From an uncultured virus (IMG/VR IMGVR_UViG_3300006924_000001) (Duplodnaviria > Heunggongvirae > Uroviricota > Caudoviricetes), in the IMG/VR virus record IMGVR_UViG_3300006924_000001: a stretch of 20,000 nt of DNA; one strand, given 5' to 3'. Under the pieces are notes generated by a model. It saw only the letters and a program-made list of their open reading frames with translations, searched no databases and was not told the DNA's origin. Made by a program: the position numbers and the translations under genes. This document shows positions 1-7,623 of the stretch, piece by piece (positions within the stretch are counted from its first letter, which is position 1; the number at the start of each line of letters is the position of its first letter).

Positions 1-276
1 ATTTCCGACAAGGCGTATGGCGGCGAAGTCCGCAAGGCCACATACTATTGTCCCAACACTCAAAAGTCTTGGATTGAAGAAACCCGCACCTGCTACAACC
101 CTGCGGCGTTCATCATCCGTACCCCAAACCACGCCATCGGCCTCGACAGTACAGGCAAGGTCGTGGTTGATACCGCTCCCCGAAAGTCCGACAGGCGAAC
201 CGTCACCCATGTGTACATGGTGTGCTGGGACAAGCCAACGAAGACCGAACTCTTTGGAGGTTTTGTCGAAGAATGA
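1..276 (+). CDS. Hypothetical protein, 5'-truncated (frame 1: ...ISDKAYGGEVRKATYYCPNTQKSWIEE...ELFGGFVEE*)
   Basis: Frame 1 is open from base 1 to TGA at 274-276. Codon usage matches neighbouring genes and it ends just before promoter repeat copy 1. Not in the ORF track. Confidence 0.75.
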   Translation: MSDKAYGGEVRKATYYCPNTQKSWIEETRTCYNPAAFIIRTPNHAIGLDSTGKVVVDTAPRKSDRRTVTHVYMVCWDKPTKTELFGGFVEE

Positions 277-287
277 GGGTAGTAGTG

Positions 288-356
288 TTTAGTCGGGTCA
301 CCGAAACCTTTAAATAGTAGGGCGATAATCTCTATTTGTAAGCGGACAAAGCCGAC
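288..356 (+). promoter_or_regulatory. Conserved viral promoter repeat, copy 1
   Basis: TTTAGTCGGGTCACCGAAACC-TTTAAATA (TATA box 309-316)-...-ATTTGTAAGCGG (334)-...-CCGAC (352-356). Spacing is the same as in the copies at 2768, 5827 and 13372. Confidence 0.85.
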
Positions 357-395
357 AACACACTGAAACAAACAAAAAACATGGAAGGAATTATT

Positions 396-788
396 ATGAC
401 GAAAAAAATACACATACCAGCAAACATTGAAGACGAATTTTGGGAGGTCACAGACCCCACCCAATTTGTGAGAACATACAACGCCCTGCGACGACGACGG
501 GGACAGATTGCGATGGTGCCACGGCTACACGCCACGCCTCTCAAGAACAGCGTACAAATCAACTTGGGTACCGGCTACTCCGCCGACGGCTATTGGTTTG
601 ACATGACGAACAAGCAGACCGAAGAACTGCTCACCAAACACGCCAACGCACAACCGCATCGGTTCCGTGACTGCGTTTCAACGCCAGCCGTTCGATTCAA
701 GATTTCCCGATGGCACATTTCTGTTTGGTGCTATCACGAAACCGACAGCACACGCAACAAGGACAACAACTGGGGTGGGGAAGAATGA
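396..788 (+). CDS. Hypothetical protein (start 396 preferred; 381 possible)
   Basis: First gene after the promoter repeat. GGAAGGA SD-like site precedes ATG 396. Stop overlaps the next ATG (ATGA). Confidence 0.75.
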   Translation: MTKKIHIPANIEDEFWEVTDPTQFVRTYNALRRRRGQIAMVPRLHATPLKNSVQINLGTGYSADGYWFDMTNKQTEELLTKHANAQPHRFRDCVSTPAVRFKISRWHISVWCYHETDSTRNKDNNWGGEE

Positions 789-1279
789 GCGCACCCAAAG
801 TGTACATTGCTTGCCTCGCATCCTACAACAACGGGATTCTCCGTGGCGCATGGAGAAGTGCCGACGACTTGCAACGAGGTTGGCGACACCCCAACGGGTG
901 GATTGAAGGCGACGGAGAATGGGCGATTCACGATTATGACGGCGTTCCCAACATCGGCGAAAATCCCGACATTGACTTCCTCATCGAAGTCATGCACTGC
1001 ATCGAAGAACACGGCGACGGATTCTTCCGATGGTTTGAGAACGATTCATGGAACATGTCGCACCTCAAAGGCGAACTTTCCGAGCGGTTCCAAGAACAAT
1101 ACAGGGGAGAATACGATTCACCCAAAGCGTTCGCCGAAGAATTTGCCAACGAAGTCGGTTGGCTTTCAAACCACAACAACAACCCACTGTTCCGCTATGT
1201 GGACTTTGATTGGTATTGGAAAGCCGACCTGCGTCACTCTTTCACCTTCTCTCACGGCCATGTGTGGTGTTGCGAATGA
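785..1279 (+). CDS. ardA: ArdA-family antirestriction protein (DNA mimic, type I R-M inhibitor)
   Basis: Typical ArdA motifs: PKVYIACLASYNNGILRGAW, EWAIHDYDG, YRGEYDSPKAFAEEF, LFRYVDFDWYW. The protein is acidic. The true start is ATG 785 (ATGA overlap, GGGGTGGGG SD). Confidence 0.9.
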   Translation: MSAPKVYIACLASYNNGILRGAWRSADDLQRGWRHPNGWIEGDGEWAIHDYDGVPNIGENPDIDFLIEVMHCIEEHGDGFFRWFENDSWNMSHLKGELSERFQEQYRGEYDSPKAFAEEFANEVGWLSNHNNNPLFRYVDFDWYWKADLRHSFTFSHGHVWCCE

Positions 1280-1413
1280 TTGGAATTGGAGAAGTGAAGA
1301 AAGGCGAGAGTGCGGCTATGAAAATCATGGCACTGATGTTCAACCGACCCGAAGGTGAGGGTTGGATATGGGACAGGCACACTGCTTGTTGGCAAAGGGA
1401 GGTGGTCGCATGA
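1276..1413 (+). CDS. Small hypothetical protein (MIGIGEVKK...WQREVVA)
   Basis: ATGA overlaps at both ends. The 3' end carries a GGAGGTGG SD for the next gene. Confidence 0.6.
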   Translation: MIGIGEVKKGESAAMKIMALMFNRPEGEGWIWDRHTACWQREVVA

Positions 1414-1592
1414 GTCACGAAAAATTCGTCGGCCACTCGGCCAACCGACCTTGCGAATACCCATCATGCACAGTCGCCATCTACGGAAGAAGGTTCATCA
1501 TTTACAGCGACCGGACCCTCCCTCTCACGCAGGGTACCCGTCTTGAAGTGTGTCAGTCTTGCTACTCAAAGTTCTTCGGGGTGTTTGAATGA
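1410..1592 (+). CDS. Small Zn-finger protein (CxxxxC...CxxC)
   Basis: MSHEKF...CEYPSC...CQSC. SD GGAGGTGG and ATGA overlaps. Confidence 0.7.
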   Translation: MSHEKFVGHSANRPCEYPSCTVAIYGRRFIIYSDRTLPLTQGTRLEVCQSCYSKFFGVFE

Positions 1593-1963
1593 TTCACATT
1601 CACGCCATCAAAACCCTCGGTCGAAACGACGAACGAGCAGAACTTCGTGCGCTTCCCGCCGATGCCGTTTGCGCCAACAAAACGCACTTCCATTCCATTG
1701 TGCGGTTGTACAACGACGAAGACCACATCATCGACCTTGAACAAGCCACAAACCAAGTTCTCGGACTCAACGACGACAAAGAAACAAAGGTGTTCTATTG
1801 GTACAAGGTTGGCCCCGAATACTGGTACAAGGCTGACCCCGAAAGCGACTTTCACTATTCCGCTTTCATCGCCGTCGATTCTTTTGGCTCCGCAAACCAC
1901 GAGTGGGCCAAGCAAGAAGCAAGGCACCGAAGGTGGAGTTCCGTAGGAGTGTGTACCCGATGA
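1589..1963 (+). CDS. Hypothetical protein
   Basis: 124 aa ORF translationally coupled at both ends (ATGA). Confidence 0.75.
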   Translation: MIHIHAIKTLGRNDERAELRALPADAVCANKTHFHSIVRLYNDEDHIIDLEQATNQVLGLNDDKETKVFYWYKVGPEYWYKADPESDFHYSAFIAVDSFGSANHEWAKQEARHRRWSSVGVCTR

Positions 1964-2112
1964 CAATTCTGTGTTCACTGGTTGAACGGGCCTTGAAGGT
2001 CTTGAACTCATGCCCTACGCCCGAAGAGATGAACGAAGAGGGCTTCTGTATGGCCCACTTTTACTCGGAAATGGCGTGTGCCGCCGCAGACATTTTGGAG
2101 GGGAAAGAATGA
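1960..2112 (+). CDS. Small hypothetical protein (MTILCSLVER...LEGKE)
   Basis: ATG 1960 overlaps the upstream stop, with AGGAGTG SD. Stop overlaps the next ATG. Confidence 0.7.
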   Translation: MTILCSLVERALKVLNSCPTPEEMNEEGFCMAHFYSEMACAAADILEGKE

Positions 2113-2405
2113 ACGGAAGAAAGGACTTCACCATTGATATTATCGAAAAAGTAATATCCGAAATGATTGGCGACGAAACCAGCGGCGACGGAGTGTACCT
2201 CCAAGACCGATTGATGTGGGTTTCACAGGTCAACATGATACGCATGACATGCCAAACATGCGGCACCGAATTTGTCGGGCCGGACTACAATGTGTACCAC
2301 ATGCTCGCCACGCACGACTTCGGCCACCGCAAGGAATTTGAAATGGCGGAACTCAACACCGCTATGGGTGACGACGACGAACCGCAAGGGGGTGCAATAC
2401 TTTGA
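2109..2405 (+). CDS. Hypothetical protein with C2H2-like Zn finger
   Basis: Start ATG 2109 with GGAGGGG SD. Contains CQTC...HMLATHDFGH. Confidence 0.75.
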   Translation: MNGRKDFTIDIIEKVISEMIGDETSGDGVYLQDRLMWVSQVNMIRMTCQTCGTEFVGPDYNVYHMLATHDFGHRKEFEMAELNTAMGDDDEPQGGAIL

Positions 2406-2752
2406 CGACAAAATTAACTTCAAGGTGCATGGATGAAATGTTCAAAATGATGCGCTACCATTCACGGGTTGGAAGAAGGCCCGTGACCTTCACCCGTACC
2501 GAACTGTACAATTTGATGGAGAAGGTTTGGCCGTATGTGTCAAAATCACCACTGCGGAATCACTTTCCAACAACCGCAGTATGGGCGCAGTACACCCGCA
2601 AGCACAACGCTCACGAAGAAAACACCTCAAGTATTGTTTCGACAAGACAATGGCGAACAGAATACGAAGACGGCACGAAAGTGCAACGCCAAACCACTCG
2701 CTGGGCTGTCCACTTGCCCCCACACCACAGGGGGCTTGAGGACTCGCAGTGA
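2402..2752 (+). CDS. Putative winged-helix DNA-binding protein (divergent DUF3860-like paralogue)
   Basis: TTG start overlapping the upstream stop. Pattern TFTRTELYNLM...FPTTAVWAQYTRKH...RWAV resembles the other wHTH paralogues; weakest member of the set. Confidence 0.55.
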   Translation: MTTKLTSRCMDEMFKMMRYHSRVGRRPVTFTRTELYNLMEKVWPYVSKSPLRNHFPTTAVWAQYTRKHNAHEENTSSIVSTRQWRTEYEDGTKVQRQTTRWAVHLPPHHRGLEDSQ

Positions 2753-2767
2753 AACGGTGTGTGTGTG

Positions 2768-2845
2768 TTTAGTCGGCCTACCGAAAGACTTAAATAGTAG
2801 GAAGGATTAGTTAATTTGTAGGCGGAACAAGCCGACAAGCCGACA
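2768..2845 (+). promoter_or_regulatory. Conserved viral promoter repeat, copy 2
   Basis: TTTAGTCGGCCTACCGAAAGACTTAAATAGTAG...ATTTGTAGGCGG (2814)...GCCGACAAGCCGAC. Exactly in register with copy 1 (offset 2480). Confidence 0.85.
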
Positions 2846-2896
2846 ACGCACTACACCAAACCCAAAAAACAAATGAAAAAAACGGAGATGAAAAAT

Positions 2897-3868
2897 ATGA
2901 GCAGAATGATAGCCGCATATATGACGATGGGCCAACAGGCCCGTGGAGATAACACCGCCGAGGTACTTGCCAATGCTGGCATGGACTTCGGTGTGAAGAC
3001 CGAACCGCTGTACACAGCACAGGGCCGAGAAGTCCGAAGCAAGTTCCAGCGTGTTGCAAGAACAGACAACGACCATACATTGGGAGTCGTGGGTAAAACC
3101 TACAATGTCTTGCAAAACGAAGAACTGCTTGCGATGGCTGACACCCTTGTGGGAACAGGCGAGATTGAATGGGACCGAGTGGGAATGATTGACGGAGGCT
3201 CACGCCTTTACGCATCCTTCGCCTTGCCCGACACCTTCCGCATCGACGGCTGGGATGACCTCAACCAGTACATCTATCTCACCAACGCCCATGACGGGTC
3301 GCAAGGTGTGCGATGTGTACCGACCAATGTCCGACTTGGTTGCACCAACCAGTTCCGCCACGCTATGTCAAGCCTCAAGCGGGCTGGCATCAACCCCCGT
3401 GACCTCTCAATCCGACACTCATCGAAGATGCACGACCGGCTCGCTGAAATGCGACACGCAATCAAATTGACTGACACGCTCAATCAAAATTTTGCGGACA
3501 CTGCTGGCGAATTGCTGACCGTCGAGATGGATTCTGTTGACAGGGCCGAATACTACATCGACATTCTCGGCCTCAAGACCGACGAAAAATTGCGTGATGG
3601 TGAAAATGAACACGGCCTCAAGACCCGTGGACTCAACACCATGAACCACCTTCTCGCCCTTGAGAAGTCCCGCACGAACAACACTTCTGCGATGCGTGAC
3701 ACCGCTTGGCAATCGTTCAATGTCGTCACCGAATACATCGACCACGCATGGGTCCACAACGCCGCTGGCACCGTGAACCAAAAGCGAGTCGAATCCGCCG
3801 TTCTCGGCGTCGGTTCCAACACAAAGGCAAAAGCATGGGATGAGGTGGTCGCCCGAATCATCGCTTGA
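2897..3868 (+). CDS. DUF932 / TIGR03299-like phage-plasmid protein
   Basis: Family-typical motifs: RTDNDHTLGVVGKTYNVLQNEE, YIYLTNAHDGSQGVRCVPTNVRLGCTNQ, SIRHS, TAWQSFNVVTEYIDH. Start ATG 2897 follows GGAGATGA (2873 possible). Confidence 0.88.
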   Translation: MSRMIAAYMTMGQQARGDNTAEVLANAGMDFGVKTEPLYTAQGREVRSKFQRVARTDNDHTLGVVGKTYNVLQNEELLAMADTLVGTGEIEWDRVGMIDGGSRLYASFALPDTFRIDGWDDLNQYIYLTNAHDGSQGVRCVPTNVRLGCTNQFRHAMSSLKRAGINPRDLSIRHSSKMHDRLAEMRHAIKLTDTLNQNFADTAGELLTVEMDSVDRAEYYIDILGLKTDEKLRDGENEHGLKTRGLNTMNHLLALEKSRTNNTSAMRDTAWQSFNVVTEYIDHAWVHNAAGTVNQKRVESAVLGVGSNTKAKAWDEVVARIIA

Positions 3869-3958
3869 GTTGCCGATGTGACCGTGAATGACGGCCAGCC
3901 ACGATGCTTGCCCGACACCAACACATTCCAAACACAAAAAAACAATGGAGGAAATACT

Positions 3959-4120
3959 ATGCAAAAAATACAGATACCAAAAAGAGCCAAGCCAACAGCA
4001 GACATACCAGCCGCAGACCTCAATGCGTGGGGCTATCCCGACGCCAACAAGTGGTCATTTGTCGGCTACGGAAGTACACCGGTGGGCAAAAAAGACTTCG
4101 CATGGTGGGTGAAAGCATGA
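3959..4120 (+). CDS. Small hypothetical protein (MQKIQIPK...WWVKA)
   Basis: GGAGG SD before ATG 3959. ATGA overlap with the next gene. Confidence 0.75.
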   Translation: MQKIQIPKRAKPTADIPAADLNAWGYPDANKWSFVGYGSTPVGKKDFAWWVKA

Positions 4121-4260
4121 AGGTCAAATCGGTCTTGGTTTATTCAAGCGGAAATGGCAAGACCATTTACTACTCTTCATCAATCGGTGCTTTCTTCTTT
4201 CTCAATGACGAAGGAATGGAAGTTCAGTGCGACGCACAAGGCATGGAGGTGAAGGCATGA
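4117..4260 (+). CDS. Small hypothetical protein (MKVKSVLVY...EVKA)
   Basis: GGTGA SD and ATGA overlaps at both ends. Confidence 0.7.
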   Translation: MKVKSVLVYSSGNGKTIYYSSSIGAFFFLNDEGMEVQCDAQGMEVKA

Positions 4261-4448
4261 AGACACCCTACACCATCACCTACGCCATGTGGCAAGACTA
4301 CTACGCTGTTCAACAGTCCGGAAGAATCAACATGATGTTGCACCCAAATGTCATTTACTTCATGTCACACAACGCTTGGCAAAAGTCATTCGACCACTTT
4401 GAAACCAACGGTCAAACAGACGCCCTTACTATTGGGGTGAAAGTATGA
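4257..4448 (+). CDS. Small hypothetical protein, possibly DUF5049-like
   Basis: GGAGGTGA SD and ATGA overlaps. YAVQQSGRINM resembles the SGxxNM motif of DUF5049-type phage proteins (weak). Confidence 0.7.
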   Translation: MKTPYTITYAMWQDYYAVQQSGRINMMLHPNVIYFMSHNAWQKSFDHFETNGQTDALTIGVKV

Positions 4449-5014
4449 GCGGCACAGCGGTCCCCATCTCATACTTCTCCACGGAACACCTTTCCACGCA
4501 CCACATGGAACAAGACGGTACCAAGATTTACCGATTTGCTGTCACCGAAAAAATGGTTCGGTACGCCACCATCACCGGCCCAAAATCCGTTGCCGCCGCT
4601 CGTAAGTACATCGAGGAATGCGGGTACTCTTTCGGGTACGGCGAACGAGCCGACGACGGTGACTTCTCCTTCTATGGCGAAGACGAACCGGACTACGATG
4701 GCACGACCGAACCACGCCTCATTTCCCGTGGCGTCTTCTCAAAGTGCATGTTCCACGGAAGTTCCATGACCCCACCGACCTCATACCCCAAAGAGAAATT
4801 GAGGTACATGGCCGGTTCGACCGAGTTCCAATGGGAAGAGGGTATGCACACCTTTGAATCCCGCTTCGGCTCAAACAAGCACCCAGCCGTCAAGTTCGTC
4901 ACCTGCAAGAAATTGGTTGACGGTACCACCCGCATCGCCTGCAAAAATTGCCACGACCGACTTCAAACCGGCTGGCGAATCCTCCAACCACGAGCAAAGG
5001 ATGGTGAAGAGTGA
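4445..5014 (+). CDS. Hypothetical protein with C-terminal Cys cluster
   Basis: 189 aa, GGGGTGA SD, coupled to neighbours. Contains TCKK...ACKNCH. Confidence 0.8.
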   Translation: MSGTAVPISYFSTEHLSTHHMEQDGTKIYRFAVTEKMVRYATITGPKSVAAARKYIEECGYSFGYGERADDGDFSFYGEDEPDYDGTTEPRLISRGVFSKCMFHGSSMTPPTSYPKEKLRYMAGSTEFQWEEGMHTFESRFGSNKHPAVKFVTCKKLVDGTTRIACKNCHDRLQTGWRILQPRAKDGEE

Positions 5015-5307
5015 TGGCGGTGGGCGACAGAACAGCGAAGCGACGCAAGCAAATCACCGACCGACTTGCTTTTGCCTTAACAACAAGTGGCAACCCGTGG
5101 ACCACGACCCGTGGACTCACGGAAATGCTCGCAGACCAGCGCAAGAACCCACCGGCCAATCAGCGCAAGCGGTCCACAGTGACCATGCGCTACATGCCGA
5201 CCAGCCACCAAATCGCAAAGTTCGTCAAGATGGATGAGCGGTTTGAGGAAAACCCAAACGAAAAATTGCGACAAAAGGAATACCGACTAAAGCAGGTGGA
5301 ACAATGA
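5011..5307 (+). CDS. Putative winged-helix DNA-binding protein (DUF3860-like)
   Basis: Basic N-terminal helix RRKQITDRLAFAL, then TTRGLTEML, then MPTSHQIAKFVKMDERFEE. Matches the paralogue pattern. Confidence 0.65.
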   Translation: MMAVGDRTAKRRKQITDRLAFALTTSGNPWTTTRGLTEMLADQRKNPPANQRKRSTVTMRYMPTSHQIAKFVKMDERFEENPNEKLRQKEYRLKQVEQ

Positions 5308-5813
5308 TGATTCTATTCTCACTCGATGGTGCCTCACCACAGTTCTTCGCCGGTCTTGGCAGTCCGTGGCGCATCACCACAGACATTTCGTTCGCCACCA
5401 AAGTGTCCGATTCAAACCGAGAACTCTATCGCAGGGGTCTTGAAAAGTACACAGGAATCACTTGGCAAGCCGCCCCACTCAAAGAACTATTGCCCCAAAA
5501 GTTCTTCTCATGTACCGAGTGTGCAATCTCTTGGTCGCACGAAGAAGGCATGTGCGCCATCGCAGGTGGAGAAGATTTGGTCGTGTATGGTCCCGAAGAC
5601 TTTGGCATTCCCATCGGCAGTCCACTGTACAACCCAGCGGAACGACAAGCATTCATCAACGCAATCAAGAGTCCGGCGCAATGCCATTCGTGCCGTGACC
5701 TGTTCTGTTCCGAACACAAACCCAACACTCGTGGCAAGGGTGCGAACCTTTGCAAGCCCTGCTACAAGAAGCAGAAAATCACCGAAAGAAAAGCAAGGGA
5801 GAGTCGCCGATAA
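5304..5813 (+). CDS. Zn-finger protein (AN1/B-box-like CxxCxxxFCxxH)
   Basis: Contains CTEC, CHSCRDLFCSEH and CKPC. ATGA overlap with the upstream gene. Confidence 0.75.
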   Translation: MMILFSLDGASPQFFAGLGSPWRITTDISFATKVSDSNRELYRRGLEKYTGITWQAAPLKELLPQKFFSCTECAISWSHEEGMCAIAGGEDLVVYGPEDFGIPIGSPLYNPAERQAFINAIKSPAQCHSCRDLFCSEHKPNTRGKGANLCKPCYKKQKITERKARESRR

Positions 5814-5826
5814 GCCTCTCTCTCTC

Positions 5827-5894
5827 TTTAGTCGGGCCACCGGTACCTTTAAATAGTATGACAATGTACTTAATTTGTAGGCAGACAACCCGAC
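5827..5894 (+). promoter_or_regulatory. Conserved viral promoter repeat, copy 3
   Basis: TTTAGTCGGGCCACCGGTACCTTTAAATAGTATG...ATTTGTAGGCAG (5873)...CCCGAC. In register with copy 1 (offset 5539). Confidence 0.85.
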
Positions 5895-5918
5895 ACACCC
5901 AAAACAGGAGAGATACAC

Positions 5919-6359
5919 ATGACCCAAAACACAGATATAATTGACGCAACACTACGCAAGTACGATTACACCGACAACCTTGCAAAGTTCATTGAACGAA
6001 TGACCAAAAGAGGTTTCACAATCGCTCGCTTCTTCACGATGCCCGACAAGTACGACCTTTACCACCTCATCGACCAGTGCGGCCACGCTCTTGACTACCA
6101 TGAGATTGCACACCAAGCACTGAACTTTGAACACACCAACATCACCTTCCAATACGGCATTCGACACGAGGGCGTCATGGAACCAAACAGTTACCGACAG
6201 ACCATCAGCGTGATGCTCACAGGCGACCCGTGGTGCGATGTAATACCAATCAATGATTGGACTTTCAGCAACCGAGGACCGGATGCTGTGGAGGAAATCG
6301 TCAACGCACTTCGCACCGAGATACTTGTTGAAGACGCACTTCAACCAAAGGAGGTGTGA
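5919..6359 (+). CDS. Hypothetical protein
   Basis: 146 aa ORF with AGGAG SD, first gene after promoter copy 3. Confidence 0.8.
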   Translation: MTQNTDIIDATLRKYDYTDNLAKFIERMTKRGFTIARFFTMPDKYDLYHLIDQCGHALDYHEIAHQALNFEHTNITFQYGIRHEGVMEPNSYRQTISVMLTGDPWCDVIPINDWTFSNRGPDAVEEIVNALRTEILVEDALQPKEV

Positions 6360-6362
6360 AGT

Positions 6363-6551
6363 ATGGAACAGTACAAACAAATACTTTCCGAAATACTTGA
6401 CATTCTTGAAGGTGGAGATGTTTCACTTGACTTTGAACACATGCCGACTGCGGCCACAAGCATTCGCATCATTGCCGACATTGCCAAAAACGCATTGAGC
6501 GGAATCGAAGAGATACAAAAAGTTCACGAAATGTTGGAGGGGTTGGAATGA
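6363..6551 (+). CDS. Small helical hypothetical protein
   Basis: GGAGGTG SD. ATGA overlap with the next gene. Confidence 0.75.
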   Translation: MEQYKQILSEILDILEGGDVSLDFEHMPTAATSIRIIADIAKNALSGIEEIQKVHEMLEGLE

Positions 6552-6781
6552 GCATCAAGTTCACCATCAACGATTACGCTAACAACATGGATGCGTTGCT
6601 CGCCATCAACAAACAATGTGCCGCCGATATACAACAGGTTGCGGTTGATGCAATCCGAATCATCACAGAACTATGCCACAGCCTCAACATGGACCCGACG
6701 ACTCTCACAGCAACGCTCACCCAACGACTCATGCAAGCCCACCAAGAAGCCATGAACGCAGTACAGGGGTTGCAAGAATGA
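6548..6781 (+). CDS. Small helical / coiled-coil hypothetical protein
   Basis: GGAGGGG SD and ATGA overlaps. Confidence 0.75.
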   Translation: MSIKFTINDYANNMDALLAINKQCAADIQQVAVDAIRIITELCHSLNMDPTTLTATLTQRLMQAHQEAMNAVQGLQE

Positions 6782-7326
6782 ACATATTCGCACTTTCCGA
6801 CTGCCCCGTCGCGGCGGCTCGCATGGTATGCGATTCTCACGCAAGCAAGATGTGTGTGGAAAGCGTACAGATGCTCGTTTCGGGCCTGCTCAACAACGGC
6901 GCACCTGCTTACAAGATGCCCCTCACCAAGACGACCGGCAAGCCACACAAGGGCGGGTACAAAAACCACCCAGCAACAAAGTGGGCCTCCGAAAGTGTCG
7001 GCAATTGGATTTGGCTTTTCAGCCACGCCCAAGAACTATGCCGCCAATTCCAAGTACGATTTGGTAAAACCCATTTTGCCGAAGAACAATTGAGGCAATT
7101 GAAAGGAGCAGTGGTTTGGACAGACTACATACCCGACACAAAAAGAACAGATTTCGCTCGTTGCCTCAACCAATCTCAAGGTCGCAATCTCGACCTGCTC
7201 GACACCAAAAAGTACACCGCAGTCGAGGCATACCGCATCTTTTATAACCGAGAAAAGAGTGGCTTTGCTCGTTGGGACAAGGGCGTACCTGCGCCTTCTT
7301 GGTGGAACCCGACGGAGGTTATTTGA
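6778..7326 (+). CDS. Pyrimidine-dimer DNA glycosylase / T4 endonuclease V-like family protein
   Basis: MNIFALSDCPVAAARMVCDSHASKMCVESVQML, YKNHPATKWA, ELCRQFQVRFGKTH, AVEAYRIFY...ARWDKG..PSWW are hallmarks of this phage family. True start is ATG 6778. Confidence 0.85.
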   Translation: MNIFALSDCPVAAARMVCDSHASKMCVESVQMLVSGLLNNGAPAYKMPLTKTTGKPHKGGYKNHPATKWASESVGNWIWLFSHAQELCRQFQVRFGKTHFAEEQLRQLKGAVVWTDYIPDTKRTDFARCLNQSQGRNLDLLDTKKYTAVEAYRIFYNREKSGFARWDKGVPAPSWWNPTEVI

Positions 7327-7623
7327 ATGGCACGAATCAAGCGTCTTGCTCTAAAAAATCGAATCATACGAGTTCTCAAAGAGAATGACGATAGAATTAT
7401 TTCCGCAAAAGAAATGAAGGACTTGCTCATCGCCTCCGGCTTGAGTTCGTCATACATACCTACTTCCAACGGAGTCGCACAGACCATGAGAATTATGAAA
7501 GGTGTGAACTCTCGCACTGTCAGCATGAAAGGCGTCGCAGACGAAACATATTTGAGTGAGGGCTACTACCTTGAAAGCGAAGACGCATGGAAAGCATGGG
7601 TCGCCGCTAAGGTGAAACAATGA
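7327..7623 (+). CDS. Putative winged-helix DNA-binding protein (DUF3860-like)
   Basis: LKNRIIRVLKENDDRIISAKEMKDLL...IPTSNGVAQTMR...YYL. GGAGG SD. Confidence 0.7.
   Translation: MARIKRLALKNRIIRVLKENDDRIISAKEMKDLLIASGLSSSYIPTSNGVAQTMRIMKGVNSRTVSMKGVADETYLSEGYYLESEDAWKAWVAAKVKQ

Noticed and set aside
17..292. ORF-track 91-aa ORF (MAAKSARP...)
   Set aside because: Shadow frame rich in Ser/Pro/Thr. Frame 1 (1-276) has normal codon usage and a protein-like sequence.
2756..2768. (GT)n tract, and (CT)n at 5816-5827, as phase-variable microsatellites
   Set aside because: Short and intergenic. Better explained as parts of the promoter-flanking arms or terminator stems.
5795..5829. Possible terminator hairpin AGGGAGAG...CTCTCTCT-TT
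   Set aside because: Plausible, but the loop is long, the U-tract is short and it overlaps the promoter repeat. Not enough to call.
288..5894. Repeats as integron attC sites
   Set aside because: No RYYYAAC/GTTRRRY ends, no integrase in the window, and the elements bound multi-gene operons rather than single cassettes.
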